DNA of 64,000 nt, taken from IMG/VR virus record IMGVR_UViG_3300028596_000009, positions 64,001-128,000 of that record, one strand, 5' to 3'. The stretch's first letter is position 1, and the number at the start of each line of letters is the position of its first letter. This DNA comes from a virus. Positions 1 to 6,108 of this stretch are shown here, piece after piece. The position numbers were made by a program, and so were the translations under genes. Under the pieces are notes generated by a model. That model ran no database searches. It saw only the letters and a list, made by a program, of their open reading frames with translations, and was not told the origin of the DNA.

Positions 1-183
1 CTGAAGAGCGGCTCGTTCTTCAACCTCACCGGCATCACCGAGCAGGAGCGCTCGACCCTCGCGGTGGCGCTCGACGTGCTCACCAAGAACTTCCCGCAGG
101 GAAACCCCGAGGTGTCCCGGGCCGTTTCCCTGATGAAGGCGCTCGGCGTGGTCTTCCCGGCACAGAAGGGCAACGGGCGATGA
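1..183 (+). CDS. Partial hypothetical protein (5' end outside window), paralog of next ORF
   Basis: Frame 1 open from base 1 to TGA 181-183 with high GC3; shares FxLxx[IL][TS]xxER...[FL]PQG...L[MI]xAL pattern with 180-365. Confidence 0.7.
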   Translation: MKSGSFFNLTGITEQERSTLAVALDVLTKNFPQGNPEVSRAVSLMKALGVVFPAQKGNGR

Positions 184-365
184 GCGACGCGCTCTGGTAC
201 GACAACCACACGCTGCCCAAGAGATTCGACCTGTGCAGGCTGAGCAGCCGGGAGCGTGGGCTGATCCAGGACGGCCTGGCCGCCCTGCTGGCCGCTCTTC
301 CCCAGGGGCACACCCTCCGTACCGAAGTTGCCGACCTCATCACCGCCCTGAAGGGGGACTCGTGA
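180..365 (+). CDS. Hypothetical protein
   Basis: ATGA overlap with upstream stop; 61 aa. Confidence 0.75.
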   Translation: MSDALWYDNHTLPKRFDLCRLSSRERGLIQDGLAALLAALPQGHTLRTEVADLITALKGDS

Positions 366-640
366 ACCTGACTCGCCCCGAGAAGCCCGCCAGCGGCCCG
401 TACAGGGTCCAGTTCAGTCCGGAGGCCCTCAGGCTCCTGAACGGCCTCCCGAAGGACCGTCGTGACGAGCTGACGGCCTACATCGACAGCAACGTGGCTG
501 AGGATCCCTACGCGCAGGGCGACCCGTCCTTCGTGCGGGATCGGCGCGTCCTGTCCGTCGGCAGTGTCACGATCACCTGCATGGTCACCGATGTCACGCG
601 CATGGTGACCGTGATCGACTTGACCGACGTGCCGGAGTGA
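362..640 (+). CDS. RelE/ParE-fold protein (degenerate)
   Basis: GTGA overlap; YRVQFSPEALRLLNGLPKDRR N-terminus, beta-rich C-terminus (VTVIDL) and 92 aa size are typical of RelE/ParE. Confidence 0.5.
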   Translation: MNLTRPEKPASGPYRVQFSPEALRLLNGLPKDRRDELTAYIDSNVAEDPYAQGDPSFVRDRRVLSVGSVTITCMVTDVTRMVTVIDLTDVPE

Positions 641-742
641 ACCGTGAGGAGCGTGAGCGTCGGTTCCTGCTTCCCCGTGGGGATGAGTCGCGGGAGATAC
701 TGCTGCGAATAGCACAGATGAAGCCCTACGAAAGAGGTGACG

Positions 743-949
743 ATGACCACGCTCCTGGTCCACAGGGTGTCGCTCGACGAGTACTCCGACATGCGTGAGG
801 CGGAGATGCTCACGTGCTTCCTGAACACGGGCAACGAGATTCTTCGGATCGGTCCGGATGATCGCGTCGATCCGTGGAAGGAGATCGAGAGGGTCGCCGC
901 CGAGACCGGTGACGACGAGGTCGTCATTGTGAGGAAGTGCCTGGATTGA
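743..949 (+). CDS. Hypothetical protein
   Basis: GAGG RBS, high GC3. Confidence 0.65.
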   Translation: MTTLLVHRVSLDEYSDMREAEMLTCFLNTGNEILRIGPDDRVDPWKEIERVAAETGDDEVVIVRKCLD

Positions 950-1024
950 GCCCCATAAGGAGACCGTGCCGTCTGTTTCTCCGGCTACCTCGCCAACCCC
1001 GGCTGGGTAGGTCCGGAGGAATCC

Positions 1025-1195
1025 ATGAAGAACAGCGCACACCGTCGCTGGAAGGGCTGCTGCCTGTTGTGTGCCGTGGGCAGCGGCAAGGTGAAGGGCT
1101 TCGGCCGTCACGCGAAGGATCCGTTCGCCGTCCGTCGCGCGGTCGGAAAGTCGCGGCGTCTGACCAGGAAGTACCTCGGCGACTACGAGAACTAG
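1025..1195 (+). CDS. Small basic protein (56 aa, MKNSAHRRWKGCCLLC...), absent from ORF track
   Basis: GGAGGA RBS, ATG 1025, TAG 1193-1195. Confidence 0.6.
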   Translation: MKNSAHRRWKGCCLLCAVGSGKVKGFGRHAKDPFAVRRAVGKSRRLTRKYLGDYEN

Positions 1196-1224
1196 TTGCA
1201 AGATTCCTGAAGAACGCCTAACCT
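1196..1224 (+). promoter_or_regulatory. Sigma70/HrdB-type promoter for the RNA array
   Basis: TTGCAA-17 nt-TAACCT directly upstream of the array. Confidence 0.6.
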
Positions 1225-1384
1225 CTTTTTGGGGATACCGCGCAGGGGCGCCACTGCTTACTCAACAGGGGCGCCCCGGCTTGGAAAGCTCTTCGGAATG
1301 GTCAGTTGCCTAACGGCAACTGTGTGGGATGGCTACCCACATTGCAGTACGGACGCTCCGGTATCGAACATCGGGGCGTTTATG

Positions 1385-1464
1385 GGGACTGTGGCGGAAT
1401 TGGTAGACGTTGGTGGTCGAGGGTGCCTCCCTGGCCGTGCGGGTTCGAATCCCGTCAGCTCCCC
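1385..1464 (+). tRNA. Degenerate Leu-type tRNA (anticodon uncertain, GAG or CGA)
   Basis: Leu-like D region TGGCGGAATTGGTAGACG, T arm GCGGG-TTCGAAT-CCCGT; acceptor stem has a bulge, anticodon arm irregular. Confidence 0.5.
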
Positions 1465-1498
1465 CTGGCCGTTGAATGCGAGGATGGCCTCTCGCGCT

Positions 1499-1575
1499 GG
1501 GTGTGTAGTCCAACAGCAGAGACAGCGGCCCGAACGCCGTGACAGTGCCGGTATCGAATCCGGCCACACCCGCCA
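1499..1575 (+). tRNA. tRNA-like RNA with 6-nt anticodon loop and 8-nt T loop, encoded CCA
   Basis: GGGTGTG/CACACCC acceptor + GCCA; GCGGC-CCGAAC-GCCGT; GCCGG-TATCGAAT-CCGGC. Confidence 0.6.
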
Positions 1576-1648
1576 GCCCTCGTAGCTCACTCGGTAGAGC
1601 AGCTCCCTCGTAAGGAGCAGGCAGCAGGTTCGATCCCTGTCGAGGGCT
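1576..1648 (+). tRNA. tRNA-Thr(CGT)
   Basis: Full cloverleaf; GCTCC-CTCGTAA-GGAGC. Confidence 0.92.
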
Positions 1649-1650
1649 CT

Positions 1651-1720
1651 GGGTGACCGTGGTGTCCGCAACGCACACCGATCGTATTTCGGAGGAGCGG
1701 GCCGACCCCGCCGGTTACCC
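1651..1720 (+). ncRNA. Cloverleaf-shaped RNA without tRNA consensus loops
   Basis: GGGTGACCG/CGGTTACCC closing helix enclosing GGTGT/ACACC, TCG/CGG and GCGGG/CCCGC hairpins. Confidence 0.45.
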
Positions 1721-1727
1721 TGCACAA

Positions 1728-1817
1728 GGACAGAGCTTGCGTCGTTGGCCAGACGCGGGGTGTCGTACGCACCTTGCCCCGACGGGGGCTCCGGAGGTTC
1801 GAATCCTTCTCTGTCCA
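1728..1817 (+). tRNA. tRNA-Tyr(GTA) with atypical anticodon loop
   Basis: GGACAGA/TCTGTCC acceptor, long variable arm GCCCC/GGGGC, T arm GGAGG-TTCGAAT-CCTTC, loop TC-GTA-CG (C33, C37). Confidence 0.75.
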
Positions 1818-1888
1818 CGCGGGCCCCATATGGGGCGACAGGGCCAAGTGGGCCCCTGCTCGTTCGAACCGAGGAGAAAGCCCACCCA

Positions 1889-1961
1889 GGATCTGTAGCT
1901 CAGGAGTGAGAGCGCTCGCCTGAAAAGCGAGAGGTCGATGGTGCGACTCCATCCGGATCTA
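1889..1961 (+). tRNA. tRNA-Phe(GAA)
   Basis: Cloverleaf; CTCGC-CTGAAAA-GCGAG; variant T loop TGCGACT. Confidence 0.88.
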
Positions 1962-1977
1962 CGCTAGGGACCCACCA

Positions 1978-2105
1978 GACTGGATATGGGATGGGCGCCG
2001 GTGAAGGCATCGGACATATGGGCGCAGGCCCCACCCGATGAGATAGCCCGGCTCCATGTGGGTGCGCGGCTCTGTCGACGGACAGGGACGTAGGAGAGTT
2101 CAGTC
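1978..2105 (+). ncRNA. Unclassified structured RNA between tRNAs
   Basis: GACTGGAT/GTTCAGTC closing helix; internal CCCAC/GTGGG and CTGTC/GACAG pairs. Confidence 0.35.
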
Positions 2106-2107
2106 AC

Positions 2108-2182
2108 GCCTTCGTAGCTCAGCCTGGTCAGAGCACTCGCCTGTCGAGCGAAAGGTCGCCGGTTCGAATCCGGTCGAGGGCG
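2108..2182 (+). tRNA. tRNA-Asp(GTC)
   Basis: Cloverleaf; loop CT-GTC-GA; GCCGG-TTCGAAT-CCGGT. Confidence 0.92.
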
Positions 2183-2250
2183 CGCCCCATAGGATCCTCC
2201 TGTGACACCTGGCGGTGACGGCCCCGGTGTGTGCCCGGTAAGCACACGAG

Positions 2251-2321
2251 GTCCCTGTAGCTCAGTTGGTACGAGCACCCTCAACGGTGGGAGGTCGCCG
2301 GTTCGACCCCGGCCAGGGACA
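2251..2321 (+). tRNA. tRNA body with truncated anticodon arm (no readable anticodon)
   Basis: Perfect acceptor GTCCCTG/CAGGGAC, D and T arms; anticodon arm 14 nt (CCCTCAACGGTGGG) instead of 17. Confidence 0.7.
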
Positions 2322-2394
2322 CGATGAAGGTGAGGGGTACCGTCACGTGGGAGAGAGACCCGTAGGCTGGTCCTTCTGGAAGAAACCCCCTCAG

Positions 2395-2467
2395 GCTCCT
2401 GTAGCTCAGTGGATAGAGCATCCGCCTTCTAAGCGGAGGGTCGCTGGTTCGAGCCCAGCCGGGGGCA
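2395..2467 (+). tRNA. tRNA-Arg(TCT)
   Basis: Cloverleaf; TCCGC-CTTCTAA-GCGGA. Confidence 0.93.
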
Positions 2468-2469
2468 CC

Positions 2470-2565
2470 GAGTCAGTCGGCATCGCGGTAACGCCGCAGG
2501 GAATCAGGACAAGTGGTGATTGGTCCTGCATGGTGGCCTACATTCTCTGCGGGACTGGCTCTCCA
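2470..2565 (+). ncRNA. Unclassified structured RNA ending in NCCA
   Basis: GAGTCAGTC/GACTGGCTC closing helix followed by TCCA; inner CGCAGGGAAT/ATTCTCTGCG and CAGGAC/GTCCTG helices. Confidence 0.5.
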
Positions 2566-2597
2566 TGGGCCTTCTGGGTCATGAAAACGTACTGCAC

Positions 2598-2670
2598 GGT
2601 CTTGTAGCTCAGCGGATAGAGCGGTCGTCTCCTAAACGACAGGTCACTGGTTCGAATCCAGTCAGGATCA
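2598..2670 (+). tRNA. tRNA-Arg(CCT)
   Basis: Cloverleaf; GTCGT-CTCCTAA-ACGAC. Confidence 0.93.
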
Positions 2671-2752
2671 CGGGTCTTCGGCGGTTTGTTGGCACAGCAC
2701 CGAGGACTAGGGCGGGGGCGTCGGCATAGGGCGTTCAAATCCCCGCCCGCAC

Positions 2753-2827
2753 TGGGGTGTGGCTCAGATGGACAGAGCGCCGATTACAACTCGGAGACCG
2801 CAGGTTCGAAGCCTGCCACCCCAACCA
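2753..2827 (+). tRNA. tRNA-like RNA with 4-bp anticodon stem (loop TTACAAC), encoded CCA
   Basis: TGGGGTG/CACCCCA + ACCA; CCGA-TTACAAC-TCGG; GCAGG-TTCGAAG-CCTGC. Confidence 0.7.
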
Positions 2828-2863
2828 GGGCCCCCGGCGACTGGACCCCCCGGGGGCCCTTTC
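2827..2863 (+). terminator. Terminator hairpin closing the RNA array
   Basis: AGGGCCCCCGG...CCGGGGGCCCT then a short T run. Confidence 0.65.
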
Positions 2864-2883
2864 CCATGGAAAGGGGAGAGGGC

Positions 2884-3366
2884 ATGGCCAAGTTCGTCCG
2901 CATCGAGGCGGAGCTGTTCACCGGGATCGCCTACTGGGCCCGGATCGAGTACTACGAGGCCGGTCCGGGACATGTCCACGTGATCGACGACTACCGGGAT
3001 TACGCGGAGTACATCGCGCCGGGCGCCGAGACCTCCCTTCAGGGAGTGTTCATGCGCGAGTCCGGCGAGTGGGGTGAGATCTGGATGCCGTGCCCCGACA
3101 ACGTCGAGTTCGTCGCCAAGGGCGCCATGCTGGCCTCGCTGCGCAGCCACGCGGAGGGATGGGACGCGTACCTCCAGCCCACCCTGAGCTTCTTTTTCGA
3201 CAACACCGGCAGCGTGTTTCCGCTGGCCATGGAGGACATCTCGTCGGCTCTGTCGCACAAGATTCCCATCGGCTCGTACGTTACCTTCGAGGCGGCGAAG
3301 GATGCCGTCGGTGTCCACGCCAGGCCGTACGACGGGGAGAAGCGGCGCGTTCCGTACATCTGGTAA
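2884..3366 (+). CDS. Hypothetical protein between tRNA array and Y RNA locus
   Basis: GGAAAGGGGAG RBS, ATG 2884, high GC3, 160 aa. Confidence 0.8.
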   Translation: MAKFVRIEAELFTGIAYWARIEYYEAGPGHVHVIDDYRDYAEYIAPGAETSLQGVFMRESGEWGEIWMPCPDNVEFVAKGAMLASLRSHAEGWDAYLQPTLSFFFDNTGSVFPLAMEDISSALSHKIPIGSYVTFEAAKDAVGVHARPYDGEKRRVPYIW

Positions 3367-3372
3367 ACCGGC

Positions 3373-3401
3373 TTGCGGTGAACGACCGCCAAGGGTAATG
3401 T
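3373..3401 (+). promoter_or_regulatory. Promoter for Y RNA/Ro60 locus
   Basis: TTGCGG-17 nt-TAATGT about 10 nt before the first Y RNA. Confidence 0.65.
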
Positions 3402-3410
3402 CTTCCTTGC

Positions 3411-3481
3411 ACACCGGCACGATCGACAGCGGCTACTTCAATCGGTGAACTCACGCCGCAGTCTACTTTTTGGTCGGGTGT
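3411..3481 (+). ncRNA. Y RNA-like copy 1 (minimal)
   Basis: Terminal helix with CGGCACGA / TTTTTGGTCG bulged stem and CGGCTACTTCA motif shared with copies 2 and 3; adjacent to Ro60. Confidence 0.75.
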
Positions 3482-3588
3482 CACGGGCCTCCTGATGGGG
3501 AGGCGGCACGAAGGTAACGGCTACTTCACTGGTAATGAAACGACGCCGTCACCGTCTTTTTGGTCGTCACCTCTTCAGGAGGCCCGTG
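3482..3588 (+). ncRNA. Y RNA-like copy 2 with Thr(GGT) anticodon-like hairpin
   Basis: 14-bp perfect closing helix CACGGGCCTCCTGA/TCAGGAGGCCCGTG; CGGCACGAAGG / TTTTTGGTCG; TTCA-CTGGTAA-TGAA. Confidence 0.8.
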
Positions 3589-3750
3589 CTGCTGAGATGG
3601 ATGCTCGGCACGCAGGCATGCGGTTACTTCCACTGTTAATGGGGTGGTTGCGGGTTCGAATCCCGCCGGGCCCTTCGGGACCTGTAGCTCAACGGCAGAG
3701 CACCTTGTTACCGCCGCCGACTTTTTGGCCGAGCATCCTTCTGAGCAGCA
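3587..3750 (+). ncRNA. yrlA: YrlA-type Y RNA copy 3 containing a circularly permuted tRNA-Asn(GTT)-like domain
   Basis: GGATGCTCGGC/GCCGAGCATCC stem; then anticodon arm (TTCCA-CTGTTAA-TGGGG), T arm (GCGGG-TTCGAAT-CCCGC), acceptor closed by cUUCGg, D arm (GCTC-AACGGCA-GAGC). Confidence 0.85.
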
Positions 3751-3756
3751 CAGACA

Positions 3757-3790
3757 CCCCAGTCCGATTCCGGGCTGGGGTTTTCCTTTT
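3757..3790 (+). terminator. Intrinsic terminator between Y RNAs and Ro60
   Basis: CCCCAGTCCG-ATTC-CGGGCTGGGG-TTTTCCTTTT. Confidence 0.85.
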
Positions 3791-3806
3791 GGAGAGGGGA
3801 AAGAAC

Positions 3807-5405
3807 ATGGCTCGCATGAACAACAAGCTGACGGCCGCGTCGCTGGTCTCCAGCGTCACCTCGGTCGCTCCGGCGGTCACCGCGCAGGGCGGGAAGGGGT
3901 ACACCAGGGACGCCAAGTCCGAGCTGTACCTCCTGGCCATCGCGAACTTCTACAACCAGGACACCTTCTACGAGACCGGCGACAAGCGCGACACCCGGTT
4001 CGCGGAGCTGGTCAAGAAGGTCGCGGTCGAGGATCTCGACTGGATCTCCAGCATGGCCGGGTGGCTGCGCTCGGGCGCCAACATGCGCACCGCGTCCCTG
4101 GTCATGGGTGTTGAGGCCGTCAAGGCCCGGCTGGACGCCCGGCTGTTCGAGGGCAACGCGAAGCTGCTGAACAGCGTCATGCAGCGCGCCGACGAGCCGG
4201 GCGAGGTCATCGCCTACTGGCGCTCGAAGTACGGCCGCACGCTGCCGGAGCCGGTCCTGAAGGCCCTGAAGTGGTCGGTGTCGCGGCTGTTCAACGAGCG
4301 GTCGTACCTCAAGTGGGACTCCTCCGCCCGGGGCATGTCCTTCGCGGACATCCTGCGGATCGTGCACCCGGACCCGGTGGCGGTGTGGCAGGACAAGCTG
4401 TTCAAGGCGATCCTCGACCGGTCCTTCGGTAACGAGGCCGACCTGGAGGGCCTCGACGTCCTGAAGCAGAACAGGCTCTGGCGTGAGCTGGTGGCCAGTG
4501 ATCCGACCTGCAAGCTTCTGCTCGACCCGGGCTTCATCAAGAGCGCGGGGCTCACGTGGGAGGACGTCCTGTCGGCGCTCGGCTCGAAGGTCAACAAGAA
4601 GCTCCTGTGGGAGGCGATCATCCCGTCGATGGGCTATATGGCCCTGCTGCGGAACCTCAGGAACTTCGACCAGGCCGGGGTGAGTGACGAGGTGGCCTCC
4701 GAGGTCATCGCCAAGCTGACCGACCCGGACGAAGTGGAGCGCTCCCGGCAGATGCCGATGCGGTTCTACTCGGCGTACAAGGCGGCGCCGTCGCTGCGCT
4801 GGGGCTACGCCCTGGAGAAGGCGCTGGAGATGACGCTGAAGAACATCCCGAAGCTGAAGGGCCGCACCCTCATCCTCGTGGACTCCTCGGGGTCCATGTC
4901 CGAGTCCTTCTCGAAGGACGGCTCGGTGCACCGGTGGGACGCGGCGGTGCTCTTCGGCGTCGCCCTGGCCCGCGAGTGTGCCGACGTGGACGTGGTCTCG
5001 TTCTCCTCGGGCTACTGGGGCGGACGCAGGCTCACCATGAACTTCCCGCTGGTGAAGGGGGAGTCGCTGCTGTCGGCGCTGAAGCGGTGGGAGAAGGACG
5101 GCTACTTCATCGGCGGCGGCACGGACACGGTGATGGCGCTCCAGGCCAGCTACCGGGACCACGACCGGGTGGTTATCCTGACCGACGAGCAGGCCGGGCA
5201 CGACGGCATCGAGGTCAGCAACGCCATCCCGGCGAAGGTGCCGCTGTACACGTGGAACCTGGCGGGCTACAAGGTCGGCCACGCGCCGTCGGGTTCGGGC
5301 AACCGGCACGTCTTCGGCGGCCTGACGGACAGTGCGTTCACCCAGATCGCCCTGCTGGAGAACCGGCGTGCCGGTTCCTGGCCGTGGCAGGTGGTGGGAG
5401 ACTAG
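3807..5405 (+). CDS. rsr: Ro60/Rsr TROVE-domain RNA-binding protein with C-terminal vWA domain
   Basis: ELYLLA...DTFYE, RADEPGE, TWE..LS, MGYMALLRNLRNF, ILVDSSGSM (MIDAS), GGTD, ILTDEQ; start moved to ATG 3807 behind GGAGAGGGGA. Confidence 0.95.
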   Translation: MARMNNKLTAASLVSSVTSVAPAVTAQGGKGYTRDAKSELYLLAIANFYNQDTFYETGDKRDTRFAELVKKVAVEDLDWISSMAGWLRSGANMRTASLVMGVEAVKARLDARLFEGNAKLLNSVMQRADEPGEVIAYWRSKYGRTLPEPVLKALKWSVSRLFNERSYLKWDSSARGMSFADILRIVHPDPVAVWQDKLFKAILDRSFGNEADLEGLDVLKQNRLWRELVASDPTCKLLLDPGFIKSAGLTWEDVLSALGSKVNKKLLWEAIIPSMGYMALLRNLRNFDQAGVSDEVASEVIAKLTDPDEVERSRQMPMRFYSAYKAAPSLRWGYALEKALEMTLKNIPKLKGRTLILVDSSGSMSESFSKDGSVHRWDAAVLFGVALARECADVDVVSFSSGYWGGRRLTMNFPLVKGESLLSALKRWEKDGYFIGGGTDTVMALQASYRDHDRVVILTDEQAGHDGIEVSNAIPAKVPLYTWNLAGYKVGHAPSGSGNRHVFGGLTDSAFTQIALLENRRAGSWPWQVVGD

Positions 5406-5433
5406 TACCACCCGTCATCTCTCTGGCGGTGTC

Positions 5434-5467
5434 GAACCCCCTTGGTCGCTGGCCAGGGGGGTTCTTC
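5434..5467 (+). terminator. Terminator after Ro60
   Basis: GAACCCCCTTGGTC / GGCCAGGGGGGTTC hairpin. Confidence 0.65.
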
Positions 5468-5488
5468 ATGTTCCACTGCTCCTGTGAC

Positions 5489-5524
5489 TTGACGATGACC
5501 AGGCTCTTGTTAGATGATGGCCAT
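5489..5524 (+). promoter_or_regulatory. Promoter overlapped by operator-like motif
   Basis: TTGACG at 5489; TTAGATGATGGCCAT at 5510-5524, same geometry as 18792-18827. Confidence 0.6.
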
Positions 5525-5549
5525 GTGGAAATGACCCACGTGGAAAGGA

Positions 5550-5735
5550 GTGAAAGTGCCGTTTCTTCTCGGCGCTGGAGCGGGTCTCCTCGGAGGCATA
5601 GGGACGTATCTGGAGTGGCTGAGCGGCTGGGGAATCCCTGGTCACCACCTTCCTGCGGCCCTCGCCGTCGGCGGAGTCCTGTTCCTCATCGGTATCATCT
5701 TCGGGGTGGGAATCTTCATCCTCGGAGACCAGTAG
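5550..5735 (+). CDS. Small membrane protein
   Basis: Two hydrophobic segments, 61 aa. Confidence 0.6.
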   Translation: MKVPFLLGAGAGLLGGIGTYLEWLSGWGIPGHHLPAALAVGGVLFLIGIIFGVGIFILGDQ

Positions 5736-5748
5736 AAAGAGGTAGAAC

Positions 5749-6108
5749 GTGCCCATGGAATTCGTCAGTGCGACCGCCGTGGCGGCGTACCTGGGCGTCA
5801 CAGCCGGATCCGTGCACAACTGGTGCACGAACCCTCCGGAAGGGTTCATCGAGCCCGACGCCGTCACCAGAGGGATCGACGGCAAGGTGGTCGCCCGCTC
5901 CTGGTTCCCCGAGAAGCTCCCGCAGATGCGCGAGTGGATGGAGAACCGGCTCAAGCTGGAGACCGAGATCGACAAGGCCAACCACTGGTCCCTGGTCAAC
6001 GAGGGCCTGAAGTCCAAGCGGGAGACCAAGCGCCGCAAGAAGCTCGGCATCTCCGATGGCCAGACGGCCATAGGAGTGGAGAAGTTCACCGGTGACGGTG
6101 GGCAGTGA
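5749..6108 (+). CDS. HTH DNA-binding protein (MerR/excisionase-like)
   Basis: SATAVAAYLGVTAGSVHNW HTH. Confidence 0.7.
   Translation: MPMEFVSATAVAAYLGVTAGSVHNWCTNPPEGFIEPDAVTRGIDGKVVARSWFPEKLPQMREWMENRLKLETEIDKANHWSLVNEGLKSKRETKRRKKLGISDGQTAIGVEKFTGDGGQ

Noticed and set aside
1231-1380. tmRNA (starts GGGGAT)
   Set aside because: No matching 3' acceptor/CCA, no tag ORF, too short
2030-2060. Hammerhead ribozyme core (CCGATGAG)
   Set aside because: Not CTGATGA and no correctly placed GAAA
2753-2827. Calling this tRNA-Cys(ACA) or tRNA-Val(TAC)
   Set aside because: Anticodon arm is 2 nt short so the register is ambiguous; left unassigned
1229-2860. ORF-track ORFs across the RNA array
   Set aside because: Overlap clear tRNAs; no RBS or codon bias
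3411-3750. Three repeats read as a CRISPR array
   Set aside because: Repeats are paired halves of structured RNAs with unequal inserts; no cas operon
3495-3806. 104-aa N-terminal extension of Ro60 in the ORF track
   Set aside because: Runs through the Y RNAs and terminator; the real RBS and ATG are at 3807
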